Shown here piece by piece: positions 53,253 through 64,000 of a stretch of DNA of 64,000 nt. The position numbers and the translations under genes were made by a program. The notes under the pieces are model-generated. The model worked only from the letters and a program-made list of their open reading frames with translations, was not told the DNA's origin and did no database searches. Position 1 is the first letter of the stretch; each line of letters starts with the position of its first letter. The DNA is from Callorhinchus milii (lineage: Eukaryota): assembly GCF_018977255.1 (NCBI RefSeq), contig NW_024704742.1:3722001-3786000 (forward strand), given 5' to 3'.

Positions 53253-53545
53253 GGGGGGGGGAGGGGGGGATGTGGGTGGGGGGTGGGGATGTGGGTGGGG
53301 GGTGGGGATGTGGGTGGGGGGTGGGGATGTGGGTGGGGGTGGGGATGTGGGTGGGGGTGGGGATGTGGGGGGGGTGGGGATGTGGGTGGGGGGTGGGGAT
53401 GTGGGTGGGGATGTGGGTGGGGGGGTGGGGATGTGGGTGGGGATGTGGGTGGGTGGGTGGGGATGTGGGTGGGGGGGTGGGGATGGGGGGGTGGGGATGG
53501 GGTGGGGATGTGGGTGGGGGGGGTGGGGATGTGGGTGGGGGGGGA
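53253..53545. repeat. G-rich minisatellite, unit approx GGGGATGTGGGTGGGGG(G)T
   Basis: Seen directly; more than 12 degenerate units. Confidence 0.95.
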
Positions 53546-53929
53546 GAGAAGAACTTTCATTGAAGGGCGAAACAGAAGAAGCCGTCCACCCTCGAGTGCG
53601 TTTCCTTCAAGCAGTAACATGTATAGCACTGCCCGAGGGCTGTTCTTCTGTCCGACACACACACACGCACCCCCCCCTTCCCCCCCCCCCCCAGTACATG
53701 CTTCAAACACGTCTGAGAACATGGCCTGAGTCTTTCACGCGGGACGGGTTAACCGGACGTGCCTGCGTCCTGCCTGGAGAAGCGGGTCTCGAGCCGGCGC
53801 GGCGGGACTTCGAGACGGAAGATACTTTCTTCCCGTGTCCTGCCCAATCCTCCCCCCACCAACCCCCCCACCCCCCCCCACCCCCCCCCCCCGAATTGAG
53901 TACAGCTCTCTCGCGTAGGATAGCGCCTC

Positions 53930-54150
53930 GGAGGACAGCTGCTGAGGGGGTGGGGGGGTTGGGCAGAGAGGGGAGGGGAGGGACCCAAGGCACGGTCGAC
54001 AATGTAGGCTTTCAGGCGGGACGTGACGACGGGGGGGAGAGAGGGGGGGGGGTGGGGGTGAGACGCAGGGAGTTCCGGAGGTTAGGGTCGTCGAACTGGA
54101 AAGCTCGGCAACCGGCGATGGTGCCGGTGGTCGGAGGGCTTCGAACGGGG
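53930..54150 (-). mobile_element. L2-clade LINE 3' fragment, GC-enriched
   Basis: aaggcacggtcga...gagttccggagg aligns with 18060-18145 and 47705-47795. Confidence 0.55.
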
Positions 54151-54719
54151 AGAGCGTGCGTGTGTGTGTGAGGGGGAGTGGGGGGTTGGCGGGGGGCGGG
54201 GGGGGGAGGCGCGGGTGAGTGGGTGAGTGTGCGCCGGGGCGGGAAGGGGTTATTTGTAGTTGAGGGGGAGAACTTTGAAGTCCACTCAATTAACCTCTCA
54301 CCTCGCGGCTGCTCTTTGTCAGGCCTTTGCCGCGCGCAGAACGGCTGGTTTGGGGCGTCTGCGAATGACAGTCACTACGCACCCGTGCACCGGGGAGGCG
54401 GTTACTCTGCGCTACTCTGAAACCGTTCGAGGCTTTGCAATATTCTGAATATTCTGCGCGTGAACAAAGAAAAGGCACGTCGTCTTGAATCGAACGTCCG
54501 AACCCATTATAACTTGGTAGCTGTGGGGGTGGGAGGTGGGTGGGGGGGGGGGGGGGTGGTGTTTAAAATGAGTCCCCAGACTATAACAGAGCGTGTTACG
54601 GTCCGACTGTCTCGGGGCCGCTCTGCTGACGTCACAGAGCTCGCTCCAGGAAGGACGCTGATCGGTCAGCGGTGCGAGTCTCTTTGTGATCCTTGCCGGG
54701 GCCACCGCTGACATCTACT

Positions 54720-55040
54720 AATAATAATAATAATCCTTGCATTTGATATAGCGCTTTTCACGTCGGGAGGACGTCCCAAAGTGCTTCACAGAACACACTG
54801 TAAAGTGAATTGACTGTATATTTGTGGGCGAACGCGGCAGCCAATTGCGCACAGCAATGTCCCACAAACAGTCATGGATTGAAAATGACCAATTTATTAT
54901 TGTTTTTGGTTTTGGAGGGATTATTATTAGGCTCTGTGTGGAGTAAGGAAACTTGCCCAAGGTTTCGCCCTCTGCCTGGAATTGAACTCAGGTCTCTCGC
55001 TTGCAAAGCGAGTGCTCTAACCACTGAGCTACAGGACTCC
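54720..55040 (-). mobile_element. SINE family A, subfamily A3
   Basis: Diagnostic middle ctccacacagagcctaataataatccctccaaaaccaaaaacaataataaattggtcattttcaa. Confidence 0.93.
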
Positions 55041-57229
55041 ACATCTGCGGGTCTCCCGCACCTGTGCACCACGGCTCAGGAAAACAGAAGCAGGAAGCAC
55101 ACCGCACGGACCCGCACACACACACACACACACCCACGGTGTGCCCGCGTTCGTTCTATCCCAGCCCGCTTCGCGCCCGATGCCGCGCCCGCGACTGAGC
55201 CCAGCTCCACGCGCAAAGGACGGTAACTTTACTTGGGAGGCGGGAGAGAGGTCCGCAGCTGCGCGAGTCGGAACTGCCTTTTGTGTTGCGGGCACGAGAA
55301 GCAATGCACGTACGTCAAGGGGGGTTCCGTCCGTCGGGTGAGACGTTCAACCGAGTTCCCCACTGCCTGCTCAGGTGGATGCGAACCACCCTGTGGCACT
55401 ATTCGGAAGGAGAAGGGAGGGTCTCCCAGTGTAACCACCCCCCCCAGATAAAGCGGCCGTTCGCTTGAGTTGCTAATCATTAACAGCATTCTAACCTCGA
55501 GGAAGGGAACCATAAGTAAAATAAACCCAGTAGTTAGGTTGCAAGTTAGCAGCTTTACACCCTGACGCGGACGAGATCCTGAATGGCGTTCGAGTTCAAT
55601 GGCATTTAACGTACAGGAGTTTTTAAATGGGAGGTGAGAAGAATTCTAGGAGGAAGGGAATGCAGAGGGACGAGGCGTTCAACAGCCCAAAGCACCAGCA
55701 AGGAGCAAACTACTGAACTGTGTCTGAACGGCGATATCAGATTTGTGTTCAGTTGTGAAATACAAGCGGATCAATACAGGCAATTACTGTCAGGTTTAAA
55801 ATCACCGTCCGTAAAATAGCCTGTGAGAAGCAATCAATGGCACACGAGCACTGTTGGAGGTATCACTGCTAACTGTCTGCAATCATCAAAATGGGCGTGG
55901 GTGGATATTAATAATAATAATAATAGTCAGCAAGGTGTATCACCATGAGAGAGCATCACTGTCAAATTGGAATTAAGAGTATATAGGTCCAGTAGAGGAA
56001 CTCGTATCAATCTATACTTAATATTAATGCTTAGAATTTGGTATAACGCCTTTGAAGTCAGGAGGATAGGCCGAAACACTTCACGGGACATGGCCGTCGT
56101 GTACGTTTCGTGGAAAAAAACACAGCAACCGATTTGCTCGCAGAAATGTAACATATAGAGGCGTGAAGTGAACGAATCACTTATACTATTTGGGGATAGT
56201 TGGCCAGGACACTGGGAGAAATTCCTTTCTGTTTTCAAAAATTGCCGTGGGAGCTTTCTGAGGAGAGCTGAGACAAGTGACATTCCTCTCTTCTTTTCGG
56301 TAATTGATATGATTGTGTAAACCAAAATTGTACTGTAAATTGTCGTCCTGTTTAGGCTTGTTAAGCAAATACTTTTGCCTTGAATTTAGTTGACAATCTA
56401 AATCAAACAGGCTGCTTCGATTTACACCACCCATGCCTCTCATCCCTTTAAAGCTATGGATCATGCCATCTCTCGCACTTTTTTAATTGGAAATAAATAC
56501 TTTAGCTCTGAAGCCTCATCTCATAAAGCCAAAGCGCTAAGTCCCCTGTTGGTAATGGAGTCCTTTCCGATGCTTCAATTCCTTCCTGAGGAGTTAATGA
56601 TGATGTACTTTTCACTTGACGTTAGTGAAGTAACACGAATAGATGCTTCGCAGTGTTCTCGTGTGTCGAAACAAATTCAAGGTCAAATTTTGCACCGGGT
56701 TTTTTTATTCTAGGGAAATGCTTCTGCCCCCGGACTTTTCATGTTCGTGAACTTACCTTTTGCTGTGAGTTCTTGAGATTCTTGAAGCAATTTCCAGGGC
56801 GAGCAAGTCGACTGATTCCAGTTTGAAACCTTTCCAAAATAAAATTCAGCCTCCAGCGATCCATCTGCTGCTGATATGGTAACAGCAGGTTAATCCCTAC
56901 GTACAACAATAATAGAGAAGGTAAACCCGCAACAATACTATCTGGTTTGTCAAAACAGCAGGACAAGAAGCACAGACTTGAAAAGTGCCATTTTAGTACA
57001 GACACAACACTAAGGGAATGGGTTACCAGGAAGGGACGTTGGAATTATTTAAGAAGCAGCTCGACGCCGCTATGTGAAGAAGTTGGGTTGGTACTTTGAA
57101 GGATAACGATAAAATGAGTCAAAGTTGTTGTTGTTGTTGTCAAAGGGTCTCCATCTGAAACTATCTTGTGATATCCTTTCCTTAGTATATAATCCGTTGA
57201 CACTTAACGTCCTTATTATATATAAAAAG

Positions 57230-57520
57230 TATGTATGGGACTTTGAGCTCACAGTCTCGGCTGACACAATGCAGTGTTGTTGTGCATTGCATCGTCAAAG
57301 ATGGAGTCATTAAACCAAGATCCAGTCTGCTTGTTCGGGTGGATGTTAAGGATCCTACGGCACTGTTTGAAAAGAAGAGGAGTTTCTTTCGATATCCTGG
57401 CCAACAATTCCCAAAGAGAATTGACTGCTGGCTGCGCTGCACTCTACAAACATTTCTGTGAAGTGCTTAGAAACATCTTGATGTTGTGGTGAGGCGTTAT
57501 CTCAAATGCGAGGATTCTTA
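57230..57520 (+). mobile_element. SINE family B
   Basis: Deu-like core and tail. Confidence 0.75.
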
Positions 57521-57854
57521 TGAAATGATTTCAATATGACCATTGAAACTAACCGTTCGTACAAGTGAGACCGACTTTCACGACTTTAATATGTGTATCT
57601 TACAGATGTGTCGGCTTCTGAAACCCAGGCTCAGCGTAACCCATCCACTCCTCTTGTGTCTCCTCTCCTCCCGTGAACTTTCCAAGTCTCCTGTCTTGCG
57701 GGCTATAGGCCTTCAGCTGGGTTCCTCAATAGGAGCATTAAAAAATAATTAAAGTCCTTAGCACATTTTATATATACTGTATGTAATATATAATATATGC
57801 AATCACTGCACTTGCCAATCGGATTCAAATATATCACACCATCACAAGATTGGT

Positions 57855-58187
57855 TTGGTTGAGACGTCTCAAAGTGATTCACAGAATACACTGCTAAGTG
57901 CGTTGACTGCATTTATTTTGTGGGCGAAACGCAGCAGCCAATTGTGCGCAGCAGCGTCCCACAAACAGTCGTGGATTGAGTGACCAAAATATTATTATTA
58001 TTTTTTTTGGAAGGGATTATTACCCCCAGAAAAGTGATCCGCCAATCAACTAACAACTGGGTTCCTACTTACTGCTCGGTAAACAGAGGCGTGTGGAGTA
58101 AGGAAACTTGCCTAAGGTTTCGCCCTGTTGGGAATTGAACCCAGGTCCTCCTGCTTGTGAGGCGAGTGCTCCGACCAATACACTACA
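57855..58187 (-). mobile_element. SINE family A
   Basis: Middle, 3' body and a partial head. Confidence 0.88.
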
Positions 58188-58189
58188 AT

Positions 58190-59350
58190 GGCCTCTTATT
58201 CCGCTGTCTTATTGCATCCTAAAGTATTAATCTGGATTTACTTTTCCAATCTAATTTAAAACTTTGTACACCTCTATGAGATCCCCTCTGAGTCATCTTC
58301 TCTCAAGACTGAAGAGCATAAGATCATAAGAGATGCTCATAAGAACGTGTCTAATCATTGCTCATAACATTTTTATCTAACACTGGGGATCATCCAAGCT
58401 TAGTGGTTGGAGCACTTACCTCGCAAGTGAGAGGACCTGGGTTCGATTCCCGGCAGGGCGAAACGTTGGGTAAGTTTCCTTACTCCACACGCCTTTGTTC
58501 ACCTAGCAGCGAGTAGGAACCCGGTTGTTGGTCGATTATCAGATTGCTTTTTCGGGCGTAATAAACCCTTCTAAAAAAATAATAATAGTCATGCGGTCAC
58601 TCAATGCACGACTGTTTGTGGGACACTGCTGTGCGTAATTGGCTGCCGCGTTCGCCCACAAAATGTACAGTCAATTCACTTTATAGTATATTCTGTGAAG
58701 CGCTTTGAGACGTCTTGAAGACGTGACAAGGCGCTAAATCAAATGCAAGGATTATTATTATTATTATCCTCATTACTCTCCTCTGCACTACCTCAAGGTC
58801 CTCGGCAGCAAACGTATGATAACCAGAACTGTGAGCAGTATTCAAGGTGTGGTCTGAACAGGGCATTCTATATCCTGAGTATAAATGATGTCTGAGGATC
58901 TAAATTCAATTGATTTAGCAATATAACCCAGCATCCTGTTAATCTTTTTATAATTACTGAAACTGTTTTGACATAGTGAGCGATGAGTCACTAAATCTCT
59001 TTCAGCTTCTCCCTTGACGAGTTCTATCACATCCACGGAGTAATTGTGTTTCCGAAATGCAGAATCTGGCACTTATCAGAATTAACTTAATTTACCGTGT
59101 ACATATTCTATCAAGCTCTCTTTGTAGGACCTTTGCTGCTTCCTCTGACTCCACGGTTCACCCCCAACTTGGTGTCATCTCCAAATGTAACTACCTAACA
59201 CTGGGTCTGTGAATCCAGGTCATTTAATATACATGAGCAACAGGAGGGGTCACATTACAGGCCCTTGAGACACCCTGCTTAGTATCTCTCCCTATTTTGA
59301 CCTTGCTCTCCTAATAAAGACCCAGTGCTTCCTTCCCTTCTGCCAATTGA
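58190..59350 (-). mobile_element. Degenerate CR1-clade LINE, interrupted by a SINE at 58392-58766
   Basis: Minus-strand remnants FGDDTKLG (~59160-59185), ALFRPHLEYCSQFW (~58820-58865), VQRRVMRMIPS split across the SINE, and LFSLERR*LRGDLIEVYK (~58265-58315). Confidence 0.85.
58392..58766 (+). mobile_element. SINE family A inserted in CR1
   Basis: Full length; the flanks rejoin into a CR1 reading frame. Confidence 0.9.
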
Positions 59351-59779
59351 CAGACGCAGGACTTAAGCTATGTTGCGTCTGTTGCATATCTGGCTGCATC
59401 ACCCCTCACAAAATAAACAAGTGACTCTGATGGGTAAACTTTGCATTGTCTATATTTATATGCATTGCAGTTCATAGGTTTCCTTTACCTAAAAGCATAA
59501 TCCTGTTGATATCTTAACTTGATCTGTATTTGTTTCCATTACCATTACAAATTGCTTTGAGTCGTCCTCCTGACATGAAAGACGCTACACCAAATGCAAG
59601 GATTATTATTATTAAGACACTGAATACTCAGACGCTGGTAAATCTCTTGATAGAAGGGGGTGTTCGTTGTGCTTGAAATGCTTTTTCATTTGAAACTCTA
59701 TACTCATCTGCACTGAAAGATAGTTATATTCTTGAGAATTAATTAACGAAATTACATGGTTGCATACTTGTATAATTTA

Positions 59780-60252
59780 ATTTAATAATAATCCCTGCAT
59801 TATGCCTTACCACATTGTCAAAATGTTTTGAAGCACTTCGCAGGATTTTATTAGTCACTGTGTACTTCTAGGCAAACATTGCAGTTAATTTGTACGCAGC
59901 AATGTCCCACAAACAGCCGTGAAGTATATGATTTATTTTATCTGGAGGATTGTTGGCCAGGACACCGGAAGAAACGCCCTTCTCTTTTCAAATCGTGCAA
60001 TGGTATGTCTGACATCCAGCTGAGCAGGTTTAAGGCGTAAATCAAGAAACATTCAATCAAGAAAATTTATTTTGTTGGCTGACCATAAAGGTTGGCCACC
60101 ACCGGTTTAACCCCTTATCTGAAGTACAGCACCCCCCGACAATGCAGCACAACCCTAAGTGTCAGCTTAGAGCATGGGCTCAAGTCCCAGCACTTGAACG
60201 CACAATCTTCCTACTCAGGATGCAAATAAGAATGCTATCAACTGAGCCAAGG
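59780..60252 (-). mobile_element. SINE family B with a nested hAT MITE fragment (60034-60104)
   Basis: Head, Deu-like core and tail on minus. Confidence 0.8.
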
Positions 60253-60284
60253 TAATGCCATACATGTGTGCCATACAATGCAAA

Positions 60285-60420
60285 ATTACATTTGTATAGC
60301 GCCTTTCACATCGGGAGGATGTCCCAAGGCGCTGGACAGTCCGGGATTGGTGGGAGGCGGTGGCGGGGGGGAAGGGTTGGGATCAGGGAGTAGGGAGGGT
60401 GGGGGTGAGAGGCGGGAGGG
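60285..60420 (-). mobile_element. L2-clade LINE 3'UTR fragment
   Basis: Same tail and 3'UTR as 47575-47700. Confidence 0.65.
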
Positions 60421-60637
60421 TAGTAAATAAACACTATATTATCCATAAAAGCTGAAAGTTAACGTTTTTGTAAGCTACGCCAAGGTAGCGGAACAAAAGG
60501 CTCAGAGTCGTGAAAGGCATTTAGAAGAGCCACCAAGACGTTTTTATTTACACAGAGGATAAGAAACAAAGGGAACGGTGATGGTAGCCACTGGACTCAT
60601 TTAAGAAGTAACTTGTGTTTACATTGGGAGAATACAC

Positions 60638-60979
60638 GTGGAGTCCTGTAGCTGTGGAGTCCTGTAACTCAGTGGTTAGAGCACTCGCTTTGCGAGCGAG
60701 AGACCTGAGTTCAATTCCAGGCAGAGGGCGAAACCTCGGGCAAGTTTCCTTACTCCACACAGAGCCTAATAATAATCCCTCCAAAACCAAAAACAATAAT
60801 AAATTGGTCATTTTCAATCTACGACTGTTTGTGGGACATTGCTGTGCGCAATTGGCTGCCGCGTTCGCCCACAAATATACAGTCAATTCACTTTACAGTG
60901 TGTTCTGTGAAGCGCTTTGGGACGTCCTCCCCACGTGAAAAGCGCTATACCAAATGCAAGGATTATTATGATTATTATT
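60638..60979 (+). mobile_element. SINE family A, subfamily A3, first ~16 nt of the head duplicated
   Basis: gtggagtcctgtagct gtggagtcctgtaactcag followed by the A3 middle. Confidence 0.93.
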
Positions 60980-61699
60980 ACACTGTTACATTATACAACA
61001 CAATTTTTTTCTGATCTCTGAAGCTGCACTAATTGTTGTATTTCTTGTTGGTATTTGTTTGTGCTTTGTAGTTCAACATATTAGAACGAAGAAGGGCAGG
61101 CTTAACGTGTTATCACTGTGTTGGGTAATGGAGGCAATTTCATTTAAGATGCAGTCAGTTCGCAACCAGACAGTTTGGAACTTGGCAGAATTTTATTTGG
61201 AACACGAGTTCCATGTTGATCGCTTTTTATTGCATGTCGTTCCTTTCGCATTTTATGTAAAACTCGCAGATGAATTCCGTGTTCACAATTCAACCTGACA
61301 TCTTGTTATTAAAATATCTCTGCAATCATCTGCTCTAGATTTCCCAACTCTTCCATACCACAGGGCTTGCCTTTATGTATTAACGCAACATGTGGTATTG
61401 ATTGTACCATTTTACAAATTAATATAATTCATCTGTCATAACCCTACAATTTTCGAGCATATTTTGTAAAGATGTTCTTTCCACATAATGGGGTTTTATA
61501 TATATATATACACACATATTTCTATATAGCGACAAGATTTATGTTACCTTTTTTTAAGTACTCAGCACAGTACACAAGGACCAGTGGTTTAACCGTCAAA
61601 AGTAATTGTCGTATAAAAAGTTGCAGAATATTTAATATTAATATTATATTATAAATGTTGGAACTTTGACCTCATAGTCTAATCCGATCCACCAGTTCA

Positions 61700-61960
61700 G
61701 TCCTTGAGGTGCTGTCCGTCACTCAGATGAGGTCAATCTGCCTGTTTAGGCGGACAATAAAGATCCGATGACACTGTTAGAAAAGAGATGGAAGTTTCTC
61801 CTGTTACCCTGGCCAACAATCCCCCCAATAAAATCGGTCATTTACTCCGTGGCTGTTGATGAGTCAACGCTGGATGCAAAATTGGCTTCCGCACATGCTA
61901 ACACGATACACAGCCACTACACTCTGCGGTAGAAAAATTGCGAAGCGCTTTGAGGCCTTC
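61700..61960 (+). mobile_element. SINE family B, partial
   Basis: Deu-like core and 3' body. More degraded copies lie near 2134, 5465, 21800, 31170 and 56030. Confidence 0.7.
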
Positions 61961-62633
61961 GTGGCATTCCAGTCGCTAATTCAGTCGCGTATTATCATTC
62001 AGATTATTATTGTAGATGTTACTTGAACATTGGAGTCTAGAACATGGACGTTGTAAGCTCGATGCACGCAATATCTCAACATTTTGAATTCTCTTCGGCC
62101 TTCGCTCAGAGCGCTGGGACGCTATCCTGTGTGACGGCTGCCGTATCGTGGCAAGTTGCTGTTGTTGTTGCGTTCGAAGCGACGATACAAAAGTGCCTAA
62201 TGCAGTAAAAATCGCATGAGTCGTACCAGTGGCACCACAACGTTTACTGTGACTTATGCAAAGTATGAGTTACAGGCAAAATTGCACAAGTCGGATTTTA
62301 TTCAACAAACACCTCGGTAGTACCTCGGTCAACAGACTGCACTCTTACTGCACTGCCCTGTGCAAGTGGGACTTCATCACTGCAGCTGGCAAGCGCAGTC
62401 GTGGTGTTCTGAGTTAGGAGGCGATTTGCCTAGAATTTAGGATGTATTTGGGACCAAGAAACCGTTACGTTTCAGCCGTTTACCCGATTTATAAAATACG
62501 CTCTGCGCAAAGAAATCAAAGTTTTTTTTTAGGTAGGAAACTGAATGGGACTCGGATGCATCTACAACTATTTATTTATTAATTTATTAAAGATAAGGCT
62601 TGTGAGAATTTTACTGTACTTAGAACCATAGAA

Positions 62634-62957
62634 ATAATAATAATAATAATCCTCGCATTTGATATAGCGCTTTTCACGTCTTCTCGACGTCTCAAAGCGC
62701 TTCACAGAATATGCTGTAAAGTGAATTGACTGTATATGTTTGTGGGCGAAACGCGGCAGCCAATTGCGCGCAGCAGCGTCCCCACAAACAGCCGTGGGTT
62801 GAAAATGACCAATTTATTATTGTTTTGGTTTTGGAGGGATTATTATTAGGCTCTGTGTGGAGTAAGGAAACTTGTCCAAGGTTTCGCCCTCTGCCTGGAA
62901 TTGAACCCAGGTGTCTCGCTCGCAAAGCGAGTGCTCTAACTACTGAGCTACAGGACT
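62634..62957 (-). mobile_element. SINE family A, subfamily A3, inserted in a CR1 3' terminus
   Basis: A3 middle. Flanked by agaaccatagaa on the left and aacacagaaggccatttggccc on the right. Confidence 0.9.
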
Positions 62958-64000
62958 ATTAACAACACAGAAGGCCATTTGGCCCAACGTCTGTGTTCCA
63001 GCTCTTCTAAGAGCGAAAAGCTTGCAATTGGGGGTGGGGGGGGAAAAAAAAAACCTTGTAATCTTTCCTTCAAGGCCCCAACCTTCCCATGCTTGTAATG
63101 TTTATGTTACTTGGATCAAATGTCACGCTTGTCCCAGTGAGGGCTTGCAGTCGTAGAGAACAGGGGCCCATTTCTACCTTGGTCACTCAGTCTCGGAAGA
63201 AAAACCTACCCCTGATGCCAGCTACACAGTAATGCCGTGTCGTTTGTGTCCCTGAGACCGTGGCTCAGCCGAACCGCAGGGGTGTGCCCGCTCATGCAAT
63301 TTTACGTGAGAGGCGCAGAAATCCTCACGGTCTTAGATAGAAGCGCGGCTTCCAAATCCAGAGCGAACTTCAGAGTTTTTCAAACTTTGCCCATAATCTT
63401 GCGTTTCAAGCCAATGGTCTTCAGGCTGAGACAGTGAGAAATTGGAGGCTCAGTTTCCCACACTGACTCTCCAGATGGCCTCTCGGGATAAAACTGGATC
63501 AATCTGTGTTGAATTATGGGTGATTTTATGCCGTGCATCTGTACTCAATGGAACCTGTTTTAAGGCTGTTCAAACTCAATTCCCTTCGAACTTTTCCAGC
63601 TGGCAATGAGAAACAACCTAACTTTTATCCACAGTGTAGACCTGCCGAGCCACCCCAGTCGCTGTGTAAAGAGAATGCTTGAATTGTTGTACCGGCCTCC
63701 CCCTCATCAAAACCAGCAAGACGACAATGTGAGCCTGGTTTCAACGTCCTTATATCTTTTGCTATTTACTGTCGGCATTTATTTGTAGTTACTCCTTTCT
63801 GCTCCAAGCTCCATCAGGTTCCTCGTGAGCCTTTCTGACTAAATACTCCAACTGAACTCTGTTCTTTCTCATCTTGTTTTCTGTTATGTTGAGTAGGTCT
63901 GTGACCCCAGTGTTGTTTTGTCCGACCGCCCGTTTCCCGTTCAGTCTAACCCCGTTGACTCCATCGCTTTGCCTCCGTGTGTTTTCTCTTTCCTGCTTCC

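Larger units (their letters stand above)
53560..55450. promoter_or_regulatory. GC/CpG-rich upstream promoter region with a full CRE (TGACGTCA 54627-54634) and GC boxes (~54190-54245)
   Basis: CpG density is visibly higher than in the rest of the window. Motifs were read directly. Confidence 0.5.

Noticed and set aside
50570..53729. Very long ORFs (434-917 aa) of CV/TH dipeptides
   Set aside because: Artefacts of the stop-free (TG)n microsatellite and G/C tracts.
54810..62962. Recurrent similar ORFs ([16 protein letters not shown]...) suggesting a gene family
   Set aside because: They are translations of SINE A3 copies.

Overview
Eukaryotic, repeat-rich vertebrate DNA. The SINE/LINE content points to a cartilaginous fish, probably a holocephalan, but this is inferred and not verified. 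The only gene I can support is the 5' part of PDLIM5 (ENH; PDZ-LIM family) on the minus strand. Its coding exon 2 spans 38486-38636 (ATG at 38581) and exon 3 spans 14150-14301; together they encode the PDZ domain with canonical splice sites. A probable non-coding first exon and CpG-rich promoter lie near 53.1 kb, flanked by a 2-kb (TG)n/(CA)n array and G-rich tracts of opposite polarity. The rest is intron or intergenic DNA filled with two tRNA-headed SINE families that share one L2-type 3' tail, CR1 and L2 fragments, a hAT MITE with an 8-bp TSD, a Penelope-type palindrome with a decayed hammerhead core, and several unexplained hairpins. Nearly all ORF-track entries are spurious. I found no convincing new multi-gene system. 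The best leads are modular SINE shuffling, a sense-strand G-U-biased hairpin, the promoter architecture and a possible PDZ-only circRNA. Repeat boundaries are approximate and read by eye.
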